In this document: one piece after another, positions 25,748 to 41,400 of the stretch
Numbering within the stretch: the stretch's first letter is position 1
How the letters are laid out: each line of letters begins with the position of its first letter
Origin: Vicugna vicugna
Lineage: Eukaryota
Reading direction: 5' to 3'
Length of the DNA stretch: 64,000 bases
Assembly: GCA_013265495.1 (NCBI GenBank)
Contig: MU057801.1
Location: forward strand, 2,820,765 to 2,884,764
Notes under the pieces: generated by a model
Databases searched by the model: none
What the model saw: only the letters and a program-made list of their open reading frames with translations
What the model was told of the DNA's origin: nothing
Translations under genes and position numbers: made by a program

Positions 25748-25830
25748 TTCTCATCATTCGCAAATTGAATCCCGCTGCTTGTGATGGGGTCAAGGAAGAA
25801 CCAGTCAAACCCAGGGAAGTGTCGGTATAT
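25748..25830 (-). CDS. ABHD12: ABHD12 exon 10
   Basis: ttccag|ATA...GAGAA|gtgagt; 83 nt; [27 protein letters not shown]. Confidence 0.95.
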
Positions 25831-26523
25831 CTGGAAGCGACAGGGAGATAGGGCGTCGATTAAAACCCCACAAGTCCAAGTGCCCGAGGTCCACCTGCTT
25901 CTGAGCCGGCTGACCTGTGGGACCCCACGAGCTGTGCTGGGTACCCCTGCCCTCCCTGCCCCCCACCCTCAGACTCCCCGCTCAAGAGGCCCCCAGACTG
26001 GCTGCAGAGGGGGCTGCCCACAGATGGAGCTCCTCAGACCCGCTGCCAGGATCCACTCTGAGACCAGGCTTCCCACACCCAGCAGGCCGCTACCCCCAAG
26101 AAGATGGGGTCCACACGACGTGGAAGAAGAGCAACAGCAAAGACACAAGACCCAACAGAGGACAGCACAAGGTGGGGCGGGTGGCGCCACGCAGAAGGGG
26201 AGGAAGAGACGGGACAGAGAAGCCCAAGAAGCTCCGAGGCCTCAGTTCTGGCCGGTCTGGGCCCAAAAGCAAGGAATCCCCAGCGGGGCTTCCCTGGACC
26301 GAGAGCGGGAGCCCACCAGCCCCACTGCTGGGGATGCAGGGCCTCCTGGGGGCCCAGCCACCCTCAGACAACCTGGCACAAAGTGGTAAGCTTCCCGAGC
26401 AGCTCTGTGGTCAGGCCAGTGCCCAGAACTGAATGAGAAATAACTTTTAATAAAATTTGTGTCCATATGGATATTCAACTAATAATTCTTACGATATTCT
26501 TATTTATTTATTCTACATATTTA

Positions 26524-26952
<429 letters not shown>

Positions 26953-27050
26953 CTACCACCCACCTCACAGGACCCCGGCAGGGCCGGGAGCACAGCCAAC
27001 GGCCAGCACCGAGCCCGCCCCGCGACCTGATGGTGACCCCGCGCCCCTAC

Positions 27051-27088
27051 CTCGCTCACAGAGGCGCCGCACCAGGTTTGTTGCCACT
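27051..27088 (-). CDS. ABHD12: ABHD12 exon 8
   Basis: ccccag|A GTG...CGA G|gtaggg; 38 nt; VATNLVRRLCER. Confidence 0.94.
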
Positions 27089-28011
27089 CTGGGGACAAAG
27101 AAAAAGAAGTTCGGGTGAATCATGACAAAAATTGTTTCAGATGAGACTGTTCTACTCAAAAGTGACAGGGGAAACACAGGTGCCCCTGCCATCAGCCAAC
27201 CCTCCAACAAGGATGCCAGGAGGTCCACCTCCAGTCCCGAGGGGCGCCCTGCACCTTGCCTAGGCAGCCTCCCTCAGGGGCTCACACCTGGTCAGTACGG
27301 GTGATGCGGGGACAGGCAGGAGGATGGGAGGGCCCAGGGCCACCCCGTCAGCCAGGGGAAGGCATTCCTGGAAGCGGCAGCACTTGGAGCTCCCAAGCCT
27401 GGGGGCTCCTGCCATCCCAGGACCACGGCTGGCGGGGCCCATGCAGGTAGTCAGGGCCGGAGGCCTGCTCCCCTCTGCCCAGGGCTCTCTCTCCCTGCGA
27501 GGGTGGGCGGGCAGGACCCGTCCCAGACACTGCCTGGCCTGCAGGCCCCGCTCAGCTGCAGCCACCACGCCCGAAGGCAGGCAGGGGAAGAGGGCAGTGC
27601 CGGAGGCCTCGGCTCCCTCTAGGAACACCAGCCTCACACTCGCAGAGGCCACTAAGGAGGCCCAAGTGGACCCTGAGGGGCCTCCTGTCTCAGCAGGTGG
27701 AGGACAGAACCACCACTGCCACCTCCCCACGTTTGGTGATGATGCCACACAGAGGACCAGAGCCCCAGCTGCTGGGCTTGCGGGGCGTGGGCAGATGGAG
27801 GGACCCTGTTCTGCTGGGACCCACCTCCACAGGCACAGTCCCACTGGAGCGAGTCCAAGTTCTCCCTGCAGAGGAGCTGCGGCACCCCAGCCCCCTCGTG
27901 GTCTCTGTGGGCTTCACAGGACCCAGAGGCCGCTGGGGCCCCTCGAAGACCTGGCCTGGAAAGTTGCCCCGAGGAGACCTGCTCCCACAAAGCCCACGCT
28001 GGGCGCTCTTA

Positions 28012-28167
<156 letters not shown>

Positions 28168-30133
28168 TCAGGCACAGCCTGCGGAAGCCCTGGAGCAGCA
28201 CGCCCCCCGCCCGCCATGGGCAGGCCCGGCCAGCGGCCAAGCCGGCTCGCGCTCTCCCTCCTCCTCAGCTCCTCACAACCTCTGACCCCAAACGGCCGCC
28301 AGCAGCCCTTGGCTGAGTCTTGATGAGCAGCCGGGGTGGTCAGACACGCAGACCCCATGGCACTGAAGAGGCGTCCATCTGCGCGACACCTGAGCATTGC
28401 TGGAGGCCACCCCAGGATGCACTGACAGGCTCGGTCGGTGAGAGCCCAGCCCTGACTCCGTGGCCCGGCTGTGGCCGGGCCGTGGATAGGTGTGGAGTCA
28501 GGAGGCTCCCACATGGGCAGGTTCCGGGCTCAAGGCAACCCTGACCCAGAAAGGAAGGAGCTCTAGCACCCTGTCTGTATAACAGAGAAATCCCCTGAGC
28601 CATGACCTCCCCGAGGGCCCTTCCCTTCAGGCTCCAGGCAAAGTGTGGCTGTCATTTCCAGCAGCCCAGCAGTGAGTCATCAAGTGACCTGAGAAGCACC
28701 ACATGCTCAGGAGGAGCAGGTCCTGCTGCAGAAGCAAAACCCAGAGGCAGCAGCACAACAGGCCACCTGCCCAGGGTGGCCCAGACCCCGGTTCCAGAAG
28801 GAGCCATGCAAGGGACACGAGGTCTCGGGGCTCTGGTGGGGGGCAGGGACACGGGGAGACGGGGACAGAGAGACAGGCACCGGCACAGGGAGCCACAGCA
28901 GAACTCCCGGCTTTTACATAGCTTACAAATGCAGAGACCCAACAGGAGCTGAAAAGAACGAGTGCCAGACGGGACTGTACCTCTCGTCAGGAGCACAGGG
29001 AGGCGAACGAGGAAGAGGGCCGCCCCTCACTACCTCACGGGTCTAACAGCAGCAGCAGGAGGAAGGGAGGAGCCTCGCCTCAGTTTTTCTAACCCAGCAC
29101 CTTCCTCCTGATGGACACGCTTCCACAGAACGACCCCTGCCCTACAGTCTGCAGAACGATGGCCCCAAGGGTGTCCACGTCCTGGTCTGAGACCTGGGAC
29201 TGCCACCTTCCATGGCAGGACAGTGAAGGGTGCAGAGGAAAGGCCGCAAGCCAGCGGACACGCGTTGGGCGACGATCCCGATCAGCGTGGGCCCCACGTC
29301 GTCACAGGGCCTTCACTGGCGGGCGGGAGGGGAACGGAGGTCGGGGTCAGAGTGACGTGGGCTCAAGGAGCCCAGGGAGGAAGAGGGGCGGCCTCGAGGG
29401 GCTCAGAGAGGCAACGAGCCGGACTCTCCCTGGAGCCTCTGCCCACACTCCACGTATCCCAGCAGCCGAAGAGCTGAGCTTCTGACCTCCAGAGCCTCAA
29501 TGTCATACATCTGCGCCGTTTCAAACAGCACGTGTGCAGTGATTTGAGGCCGCGGCAAGAGGAAGCCGCCACGACGCCCACGTCCAGGTGACAACTGGCT
29601 CCTGGGTCTGAGGATGCTGACCCTCCCTCCCCGCAGGTGAGCCGGTCCAGAGGCCTCAGCCCGCCAGCGGCCCGGCTGAGGCCCAGCGAGGCACACGCTT
29701 TCCCCCCACTGCTCCCTGTCGACACAAGCCTTTCCCTCACACACCGAACTGCAGGTTCCCGAGCTGCCTGGGGGGGTGGGGAGCAGGCAAGAAAGAAGAA
29801 ATCCTGAGGGGAGGGAAGAGGGGTCTATCTAACTTCAGCAAGACGCGCTCCGCTGAGCACCAAGCCTGCCTGATGTCCAGCTGTGGGGAAGTCTGAGTCC
29901 AAGGAAGAAAACAGAGTGTTGTTTACGCTTAAAATGCAGCCAACAGAGGATACGTGCTGGGTTCCAGGTGCCGGTGCCTCCCTGGGGGGGAGGATGCGCA
30001 TGGGACACACAGGAGACTACCTGGACCCTCCACCACCTCAGTGCGCTCAGAGACGCCACCAGTCAAGGCAGTGAGGCCTGCCCGCCTGGGGGAAGGGAGG
30101 GGCCCGCTAGGTGACCATCCACAGAACCCTCAC

Positions 30134-30179
30134 CTCTGTAGTCAAAAGTGACCACGTGGTAACCGAGGGAACTCAGCAC
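30134..30179 (-). CDS. ABHD12: ABHD12 exon 6
   Basis: tttcag|GTG...AGA G|gtgagg; 46 nt; VLSSLGYHVVTFDYR. Confidence 0.95.
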
Positions 30180-31651
30180 CTGAAAGTGAAAACAAACACC
30201 TGGGCAACAAAGCCGAGCACCGCGGGTGGGGGGCAGCGCAGCTCCACCCACACCCACCCCGAAAACTGGTCTGTGGGACGTCGGGAAGACGCCACCTCGC
30301 TGCCCCGCCCTCGTGGGGCCTCTCACCACCCAGACGTCAGCAGCTGCTGCAGGCCACACAGAACGTGCAGGGAGGCCTCCCCGCGCTCCCATGGCCCTGG
30401 AACGGCACCCCCCGCCTTCCGAGGGCCTGGCAGGTTGAGGCTGTCCCAGTGCTGCCAGGGACTCTGACCACCCAGCGACCCAGGAGGAGGGACCCCACGG
30501 CGTGGAGACCACATCTGGGGACCCTGACTGCAACCCAGCATTGCTCAGATTTCGCTGAACTTTTCTCATTTTTAAAAGATCTCTCAGGATTATGGGCCTG
30601 CTTTCATGAGATCACTACCCACAGCCCCCACCCAGGCCCTTGGAGGGTGTGCCCAGAGCCACATGGAAGCTGCACCCACTGTGGCCAGTGACTGGAGGTA
30701 TGCTCCTGTCCCCCCGGAAGAGAGCTGGCCCAGGCCACACTTCCTGCCAGCCCCCAGCCCAGCAGGGTCACACCCTCTGCTCCCGGTGCAAACCTTTCTA
30801 GGAGAGACTAGACGGGAGGGCAGCTTTTCGGCCACTTCCCTTCCCTGTCTGGAGCCAGTTCACTCCAGGAATAAGCCCTCCGACAGCCCAGAGCCAGCCA
30901 TGGGGTGCAGGGCGGAGAGTAGTGTCCACAGGGTGCACAAGTCCCCGTACGTCTGCCTTGTCCCCTCTGCCTGCATGTGATGGGCGTGATGGCCCTGGAC
31001 GCGGAGCCACGGCCCACGTCAGCTTCAGGACCACACGCCCAGTGATGACAACTACACAGAGGGGACGGTCTGTTCCCCACAGGAGCCCCCACGCCCAGAC
31101 ACCTGCTGGTGCTTCCACTACGTTGGCCTGGCATCTGTTTCAACTGCAACCTGCACCTGGTGGACACGAGAAACCTCTGTGTGGGCAGAATTCCGAGCCC
31201 AACCCCAAGGAAAGGGTGCCTCCCTGGCCTCTCAGTCCTCTGGGACTCTTGTACATGCATGACCCAGCTACACAAACAATTTCAAACGACTTTTGTGTAC
31301 TCTGCCAACATCTGGCATGTGATTGACAAAGTCCATTCATTCCCATCTTGGAAACCATCCCCAAAGGCAGCCACACGGGAAGCACTCCACAGTGAGACGT
31401 CCGTAAAAGGCAGCTGGAAGATCAGCAATGATCAGCTCCCAGAATTATCAGGGGGACCCTCTTCTGCTCACGCCCCCTGGAAGGGACATCCAGGAAACAG
31501 CAGGCAAGCAGTGCTCTCTGCAGCACGCCGTGCGGGCCACACAGCCCGTGGGACCTGCTCCGACCACCTGTCCACTGTGTGGACCCTTCTGTCTGTCACA
31601 AACTGTGGGCACCGCTCTGTCCATCCTAGCCCGTGTGCCACCCTCACCTAC

Positions 31652-31682
31652 CTTGTACAGCTCCACGCGGTGGTCGCCTCCC
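31652..31682 (-). CDS. ABHD12: ABHD12 exon 5 (31-nt micro-exon)
   Basis: acctag|G GGA GGC GAC CAC CGC GTG GAG CTG TAC AAG|gtaggt; GGDHRVELYK. Confidence 0.93.
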
Positions 31683-34144
31683 CTAGGTCAGGGCAAGGAA
31701 ACAAGAACAGCGTTAGTGCACCTTCCCACTAAGGAGGCCCAGGACCAGCCCTGGAGCACCTGGCCTTTTGTGCTCAGTCCCCAACCTTGCACAGGGAGAG
31801 TGGTGGGCGGGTGGCCTCCTCCTCGGGGCACCTATGTGGCTCCCAGCTTGCCTCTGCCATGTGGTGCCAAGCAAGGGACAGTCTGGGCTCCATGGGATGT
31901 TTCTTAATTATCACCTCACGTTTGTTTTGACCTGGCAATGCAGACCTGCTGTACAAACCCCGGAAGACATGAGGGCCCTCAGCTCCCCAGTGTCCAGGAC
32001 CACACAGAGGGCAGGCGGGAGCACTTCCTTGCCGGCCCACACACCAGTGGGACGGGCCACAGGCACCTCCTGCCTCAACCTTTCCACCTAAGGAGCCGCG
32101 GCCGGCTCAGAACTGTCCTCTCGGCCGCTCACACTCCTCACTTCGTGGTCACTTCGGCCCTGACCCACCTGCTGCAAAGTGAGGTTCGGAGCTGCAGCAG
32201 CCCCACCCAGCGTCCTCCCACATGCGTGCCCGTGGGTGGGGTGCTGGCGAAGGTGCCACCATGACCCCACGGCTACTGCGGCTCTGCCAGCCCCTGCCCA
32301 GCAGACACGTGCTGCGGTGGGTGCCACAGCAACAGGACGTCACCCCTGCACCTCTTCCTCCTCTTTCTGCCCAGAGGCTGCCCAGCTGAACTGAGGACAG
32401 ACACCAAAGCGGGGACAGGGCTGCCTTGGGAGAGGGAACGGGGAAAGCGTGTGGTGGGCAGGCTCACCCTCACCAAACTTCCCAGCTCTCTGTCTTTTTT
32501 ATAATGAGCGCCTGGCCATTTCAGGAATGTGTGCTCGGGGAAGGCGTGTCCCTGGGGGAGGCAAGAACAAGATGGAGGAGAAAAGCCAGTAAAACCCAGA
32601 AACAAACATTCAAACGACCGAGTCTCAAGACCAGAAGGAAATAGTGAAACACTCTGCTGTCTCTATAAGAGGTCACTGTGGCTCTTTCTTAAACTTCCCC
32701 AAAACTGAGCCTAAGCAAGAGGAGGGATTCAGAGTGTGACACAGTGTTGGGGGCAGCCGGGGGTCTGGGTCTCAGGGAGCCAGGGCTGCCGCCGTCCTGC
32801 CCGGCGCCCGCCCTGGGCAGTCCGCGGAGCATGGGAGGGGGCAGCAAACCCTCAAGTCACACGATCCTGCCATCCTGCAGTTACGGGCACTTTGTTACCA
32901 TGTGACTGGCACTGCTCACAGTGAACTCCAAACTTCCCTCACTCACAGAAGGAGGCTCCAGGAGATGTTTGGAGCCACCTGCTCTTTGAAAAGCAGAAAG
33001 AGAAACCCGCCACAGCTCGTCCCGGACCCAGGAGAGAAGGCTGCCAAGTGTGTCTGAGTCAGAGCTCAGCGCTCTGCTCTCTCGGCCCAGGATGTCCTCA
33101 AGGCCCCGGCTTCCTGGGACGTCCTGCCACGTCCTCTGGGCAGCCCTGTCCAGACACCGGCCGTGGCCTGCTTTCCCTCCAGAGAGGCTGGCGTCGTCCT
33201 CCTTGCTGCCTGTGAAGTGACCGCCCGCAGCCCAGCCCTGCGGCGCCCGCCTCCTCGCTAGCTCTCGTGCAACCCAAGGAAGCGGCAGCAACAGGGACGC
33301 TCTCTGGGGTTTCAGGCGACGCTTGTTCAGAAAATGCCTCTTCTCTCACCCCACCAGCTCCCCTGCAGACTCTCAACAAAGCCAACCATGTGGGCTGGAG
33401 GGGGCCTTCTTTAAACAAGGATGGGCTCCAGTCCCCGCTAGTCCAAAGGATGCCTGTTAAACCCCCCGAAGAGCATCTGGGGTAACTGGGCGAGGGCTTC
33501 ATCTGCAGAGACACGGGTGCCTCCTCCACGGCCCAGAGGCAGGTCTGGCATCGCAAGCTCCCGGCTGGACACACGCTGGCCCGATAGCACGGCAGGGCAG
33601 CCCCCGAGGACGAGCCTGTCCCTGCATGCTCAGCTGGGGTCTCTCTGCGTGGGTCCCCCGGCCTTTGGCCATCCCTCCTTTGATGTTGCCCTCAGCACCC
33701 CCGCAGGAGTGTGCCTCCCCCTCCAGTAGGGGACGCCTGCCAGTGAGAAAGTGTCCTCAGACCAGGATGGCAGACGGCACCGCCTGCCCACTGAGAAGCC
33801 TTGCTCCTAAACCAGGAAGGAGGACACCCGCTCTGGCTCAGGCTCTGGGGCCCTCCGACAGACGCAGCCGCCTCCACCCCACCCCACCCCAGGGGGAGCT
33901 TCAGACCAGGGGTTTCTGGACACAGCCGCCCACAGCTGCTCAGCCGGTGGCTCCGAAGCAAGGGAGGCCCAGGCCCTACTGCACGCAGCGCTGCTGTGCT
34001 CTGGGGCTGCGGGAACACGGCTTGGTGTCAGCCTCCCCAGGCCCAGAGGGACTCCGCCGCCCCCAGCTCTCAGGCTGCCCACAGCCCAGGCGCTCGGGCC
34101 CCTCACCACGGAGAACCCTGCAGGCAGGACACGTCTCCTCCTCA

Positions 34145-34510
<366 letters not shown>

Positions 34511-36171
34511 TTAAATCATGACCCCTTGGAGGCAGCACGACGCTGCCGTGCACACCAACTCAGCGACGCTGGTCTTCGCGGGTGCAGCCGGCAGAGCCGC
34601 CCGAAGCCGGCCTGGTGCTGACCCACCTCTCCAGGGGGACCCCAGGCCCACACGGCAGCCCAGACTCCTCCACGCCTGGCCAGGCACACGGACACTTGGT
34701 CTAGCTGGCCAAACCCTCCTGCAGAGGGTGCTCTGGTTAATCTTAACTCAGGACACAGCAAAGTCACTGTTAACTGGGCAGGGTCTGATTCAGGAAGGGT
34801 GCTCTGTAAAACCTCAACTTCATTCAAGGGCAGACTTACAAATATTACATAGCCAATTTCTTCTCTTCTAGGTCTAAGTGTCAGCAGCTCATTTCTAACA
34901 GCTTCTCTCTGACCTGGCTCAGAGGATCAATCGTGGGTGGTTCTGACCACTGCAATTATCACCCTCCAACCATTACAAACCTACGACACAGAAGGCACAT
35001 TTCAAGGTGCGGGGAGCTGGTGAGTCCCAGAGGTCAGCCTACTTGAAACCTGGAGCTCCTGATAAAGGCCCAGGCAGTGCCCAGGCGGCTGTGGGCCCAT
35101 CCCTGGGCTCCTCCCGCTGCCATGCTGGGAAGGAGCTGACGGCTCTCCCCAGCTCCTCTGCTGAGGGAGGACCTGTGAGGGGCCGGTGAGGGAGCTGCTG
35201 CCACCCAAAGGTCCCCACCACCATCACAGCAGCGGCAGAGAGAGACTCACGTGGTCACCACCAACGCCGTTCCCAGGTAACCGCCCACAGACACCCGCCC
35301 CGCTCTGCTCACGGGAGAAGGCCCGCTGGGCCTGTGTCTTCAAAGCGCCAGGCCCACCCCCAGCACAAGGGCAGCCAATCCCCCGACAGGTCTGAGCCAG
35401 ACACAGGGCTCTGACTGGAGATGGAAATGCGAGTGGCCCAAAAGGCCCTGCTGTAAATGCTCCGCTAAGGCAAGTCAGAAACGACCAGAGGCAACCCTGG
35501 TCTCAGCACTGAGAACTGGAGCCTGCCTTCCCTGCAGGGCCGTCACCCAGGACGCCTGCACGGGGGCACCACCCGAGCACTTCACCCAGAACCTTCTCAC
35601 AGCTCTGCTGAGACAAAGGCAGCGATTCAGAGCTGTTCCAGGGGAAGGAGAGAGGAGAGGCCACAGGAGAGCCCTGTCCACAGAAGAATAGATCATACTC
35701 CGAGGAGACACAAGACGTCACAGGACTCAGGTAGGTCCAAGCTGAAAGCACAGCTAGAAAGCAAACACTAAGAGACACAAATGCCACCCCATCAACGATG
35801 GAGAGAGCCACTCCCAACCCCTCGCCAGACGGGGAGCTCAAGCCTGCCCTCGCAATTCCCGGCTTGCACTCTCCTTTTCTAGCTTCAGCCCCCCGGAAAC
35901 AAGGCTTTGTGCAGAGCCCAGCTGGCCCACAAGGCCTTCGCCGTGCAAGCCCTCGGAGCAGAGCCGGTGCTGCTGTCTCGGGCTCCATCAGCATCCAATA
36001 CAGCCGAGCTCTTTTCTTGGAAACAGCGGGAAAAGATAAAAACGGACAAGCACCAGTCCAGAGCCTGCTGTCAGGACAACACCGGACACAAGACACGGGC
36101 CCTCCTGCCCCTTGGAGAGGCCCAGAGCCAAGGGGTCCAGAGAACCCTGAAGCCCTGAGGGCACACGCTCA

Positions 36172-36444
<273 letters not shown>

Positions 36445-38054
36445 TCAGCAAGGTCGGCGTCCGAGAAGAGACGGACTGAAGGTGGTCTGAAGAGTGAGAA
36501 GATGCCAAGTAGGGAAGAGAGGACTCTTGGGAGGCCTGAGGGTCAGCCTGGCACGACAGAGGGTGGAGGCAAGGAGGCCAGCGAGGCCTGCAGAAGCAGC
36601 TCAGGTAAGTGAGCTACGCCCGAAGGCTGGAGCCAGGTGCTGGGGGAGGGACAGCAGGAAAGGTGACAGATGGACGTGTGCCCTCGACCTGGGCCAGCAG
36701 GCTTGACAACCACCTGAACGTGGGTGTGAGCCAGGTCTGTGGGGCCCTGAGGTTTCCAGTGCTGTCACTCAGCAGAGTACAGCCGAAGAGAGGAGTGGGT
36801 GCAGGGAGAGGAGGACCCACGGACCCCATCCAGGGTGCAGGGACGTCGAGGGAATGGGACAGCAGCTACTCGTCAGCCCTGAATGTAACAGGTGACCTGC
36901 CAAAGGGCAAATGCTGGATGAAGGCGGTGCCCCCACAGCCTTCAGACAGAGGCGACTTAAGTCCTTGGACCTGGAGGAACATCATTAATTACAGGGAGTG
37001 AGACAGCAGGGAAGTAGGTAAGACCATCCTGCTGCCACGCGATCCCATGTCGTTGCGCAGACAAGCAATGCTAGCGCCAGCACGCACGCCGAGTGTGGCT
37101 TGGGAAGGGGAGAGGCACGCCAGGCTGCTAACATGGGTTTCAGGTCGGGGGGGGGTATGGAGGAGGGCGTCAATCTTCCCTTGTACACCACTGCAGTTTT
37201 ATTGCTTGTGGTGAACACGATTTTTGCAGTTTTAAGTTATATTTAGTTGAAAAATGAAAAACTGATTAAAAAAAAACAAACCTAAAATCTTGAGGTGGGA
37301 TTTGCTCATATTTTATAAAACAGCAATGCCCAGAGGGGGTTGGGGACAAAGGGCAGAGTGGTCCTGACTTTCAGCCAGCCCCACCTTCTCCCAGGAAGTC
37401 ATGTGACTCTTTGGTTTTCCTTGGGGAAGGCAGTAGTTTCCTTAGTAACCTACACAGCCATGCAGCGCAGGAGCCCAACGTGGTCACCTCCCTCGCTGCC
37501 CCCTCCCCAGCCTCGCCATCAACATCCTGCCCCATGACCTTTGTGCTGCTGTCCTTCCTCCAGAATGCTCTCCCTACCTTTCGACTCTCACTTCCTCAAA
37601 TGTCCCCACCACTCAGGAAACATTTGCTGAAAAAATGAAACAGCTGACTTCACGAGGACATGGGTTTACACACGTGCTCCTTCCCCCAGAAATTTCCTGA
37701 GCAGCTCAGACCACACGGGCAGACAAATCCTCCCCCCAGGGCTGCTTCTGAACCCCCAGCTTCTTAATCCACCTCTTTCCCAAGAAGCAGCCTACATTTA
37801 AAAACTTTAATATTACTTTCTCTCAAGAAAGACGGCACTCAGAGGAGGTGGCATCATACTTGCTGGTGCTCCTGGGGTGCTGCCACCCAACCCCCCACCC
37901 CACATAGCACCCGTCAGGCGGGGCGACTGCTGACTCAGCCCCTGCCCCTCGCGGCTCCATGCGGTGAGCAGGATTTGCAGCCCGCAGCCTGACTCCAGGG
38001 CCCACACTCATGGCAGGCAAACCGTCTGATCCTGGTAGGCCTGTAAAGCGCTTG

Positions 38055-38450
38055 TTAACCGTCGAACTGTGTCCCTCAAAACAGGGGGACGCTGAAGTCC
38101 TAACGCCGAGCACATCAGAACGTGATCTCATTTGGAAACAGGGTCTTAACTGAGGACATCAAGCCTAGGGAAGGTCGTTGGGTAGAGCTGGTGTCCTTAT
38201 CGAGAGGGGGAACTAGAACACAGAGACAGAAAGGACAGAGGGAAGACAACCCAAAGCCACAGGCAGAGGGCAGCGGTGTGACGGAGGCAGGGACTGGACA
38301 GTGCAGCTACAAGCCAAGGACACCGGCCACCCCCCGAGGCTGGAAAAGGCAAAGACGGCGCCACCCACTGTCTCAGAAGGGCACGGGCACCAGGCTCCTG
38401 AAGCTCCAGAGGTGGGACAATGCGCTGCTCCTGGGGTCGCAGGCCCCCGT
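38055..38450 (+). mobile_element. Old MaLR (MLT1-like) LTR remnant; boundaries approximate
   Basis: Recalled MLT1 motifs: gaactgtgtccctcaaaa, tgaagtcctaac, gtgatctcatttggaaacagggtctt, gcagctacaagccaagga, gctggaaaaggcaa. Confidence 0.7.
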
Positions 38451-41400
38451 GCATATCTGCTGTGCTGTGTACGACGTTCTCAGAGGCTGCGGGCCTGGTC
38501 ACTGGGGGCACCTGCTTTGGACGCAGGCGCCCACCCTGCCACTCCTGTGACCTTGCTCCGGGCCGTGGGGGCTGGGGCTGCAGCACCAGGTGCCTGCCCA
38601 ACATCTGACGCGGGCGGGAAATGGCTTCCACAGCAAGACTCTGAACACCCACCTGCACCAAGACTCAGCCAGTTCTGCTACTGAGGCTGGAGCCCCCGTG
38701 CCAAACAGCAAGGGGGTGCCTGCAAGGGCTGAGGCTCTCTCCTAGAGAAGGCAGCCATGCTGCTCACACGCCGCCCCAGAGTTCCGAGAGGACCCCTGCC
38801 CGTGCAGAGTGTCTCATGAGGGTTAGCAGCTAATCCCGAAAGCTTCCACGCCAGAGGAACTGGAACTGAGAAGCTCAGTTCTACTCTAGGACCACCTCAC
38901 CCGACAAGGCCTGTCTTCCAGGTCACTTTTATTTCTGTTTTAGAAACAACAGTAGAAAAGGGCACAGCGACTCTGCCGAGTGCAGCAGATGTCGCCCGTG
39001 TGCTCCCCTCCAGCTAGTGGGCGGTGCCCGGCCAGTCCTGGGGCCACTGCTGGTGCAAGTGAGCACAAATGCCTCAAGGCAGAGGAAAGGGGTCCAGGGG
39101 TGCAGGGGACCTGGGCTGGCCAGAAGGGCGTCTCGCATCTGCCTGGGCCAGAGCACGGCTCACTCCTGCTCATCTCCTGTGTGGTCACAGCCCTTGGACC
39201 CGTGACACTGAGATCCTGCCTGGAGCCCCTGCTCCCAGCCCATGGGCAGCCCACCGAGGCGGGGGGTGGGGGTGGCAGGGGCAGGAGCCAGGCGCCCGTG
39301 ACAGTGACCTAGCTCTTCATGGCTACCTGTTACCAGCTCCGCCCACACAGGGCCGGAGTGCACAGCCCAGGAACCTGGCACACAGGCTCCTGCAGCTGCT
39401 GGGACCCGCCTTGGCTTTCTCCTGCTTCCCAGCTGTGCGTTTTCCACCCCCTGACCACGTGGTCATTTACCAGCAACCACAAACATCATTGGGGGCGACT
39501 GGGAAAGGACCCTGCACAGACAGTGCTCAGTGAACAGTGAGCAAATGTGTGAAGGGACAGAAAACAGCCAGTCTGGTGGGGTGAGAGGCCGGGACCCCTG
39601 GGCCGCAGAGGACACGTCTGACTGCCTGCGGGCTTTAAACACCGGGCTCTGCGGCACCCCAGGCACAGGCACCCCGCCCTGACACACGGAAGCAGCAGGG
39701 TAGCAACAGGGAAGGGCTGGGAGGGCCCTCTGGGTTTTATCCAATTCCAGCTCGACCTGAAGACAGGGAAGAAAGCTGTGAGGACCGACAAGCACTGCTA
39801 AGGGGAAGGAAACGGAGGAGGCGCAAGGACCGACGTCCCGGGAGAGTGGTAGGTGACTGGCTGGACTTCGGCTTTAACACGTAAGGAGTTCATACGTTAA
39901 ACGTGATCTCCAGAAAAGGCCCACGGCAGGCAGCGTGCAGAGAAGAGCACCAGCCTCTGGCCTGAAGCATCCCTTGCTGCCCAGCGGTGGCTCTCGATCC
40001 CAGGGCAAGAGGCTGCGACAAGGGAGCCAGACTTCGAGACCACAAAATCCTCTGTCACCCACACAGCTGGGGGATCGACTTTTGAATGCAAGTATTGAAA
40101 CACACATCTACTTACACTTACAGGTTCAGACACCGATGAAAAGACCGGCAGGAAACGGTACCATGACAGTGATTTTCCCCGAGCAAGTTTCATTTTCTGC
40201 TTCAAATCATTCAGAGCTTTTCAGTTCATCTTTTGTTTTTAGGAAAAGCTTGTATGTTTTGCTTATGAAAATACATGTGAAGTAGAATGATGCCTGAACC
40301 ATAGACACAAGCCTTCGCCTAGAGCTCATTTATCTGATTTACAGATTTAGTTTCAGATAAATTTGCTATAAATTTATGAACATTTTAATCAAGTTTTGGG
40401 CCCCAAAAGATAGTTGTATTTCCTTCAATGCCCAACTGGAAATGCACAGCTCATGAGTCACATCCTGAGGAGACAAGAACCGAGGTGCCCCCCATACACA
40501 CAGACCCTCTAGCAGTGTGAGATGAAACTGCTTAGTCACTAGAGGATGGCCTGGAGGCCCCCACCTCCTCCACAGGGGAGGGCACAGACAACTACCCAAC
40601 ACCCACATCTCCCTGGGGGCACTGGGCAAGCCTCACTGCCCTGGGGTCCTGCCAGGAGAACCCAGGAATATTCTGCCTTGTCATTAGGAAATCAACAGAG
40701 CAAAACTTGTGGGCTGTCTGAAGTAGCCCAAATGACTGATCTAAAGAAAGTCAATTCAATTCAAATATCTGCTGGGACCCTTCTGTGTGGCAGCCCAGAG
40801 AGCAACAGGCCACCTGCTGCCAAGGCCTCTGCCCAAGGCGCCCGGAAGTGCCCGAGCCTGCGCTGGGGGAGGCTGTGTGGTCAGTCTCAGGGCTGCTGCA
40901 TCAGGAAACGTGTTCCTTCTCATTAGCGGCCGAAACTCAGAGATGATAAATTCCTAGAAGTTCAGCTACATTTCTGTTAGAAAAAATCAAATGTGTCTTA
41001 GTGTACAACATGTGTTTTACACTTATTTTAAGACAGCCAAATAAAAACCTTATTTTAGATTTGTGAAGCCTTAAATATCGATCTTACGATTTCTTTTCCT
41101 CCTCCCAACTGCTCCTCTTTAGAGCGGAAACTCCCTTTCAGCAGTGACGTCCACGTCCTTGGGACCAAGCCTCCGACAGACTTAACAGCCGTGTGCTGAT
41201 GCACAGGTGCGTCTACAGAGCCCGTGGCACTTGTGTCAGTACGGATGAGGCCCCACCACCTCTCGCCCTGCCCACCCCAGGCCAGCTGCACAAGACCCGT
41301 CACACCGCCAGCCGTCCTCTCCCAGGTCTCCAGGTACTGCCCCTCCCATCTCTCCACCAGCTGCCCTGTTGCCTCCACAGCACAGCCCAGCTTCCCCAGC

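Noticed and set aside
29883..29915. GKSESKEE on the + strand, resembling the human ABHD12 C-terminus GKSEPEHQH
   Set aside because: Wrong strand and position, too short; chance match
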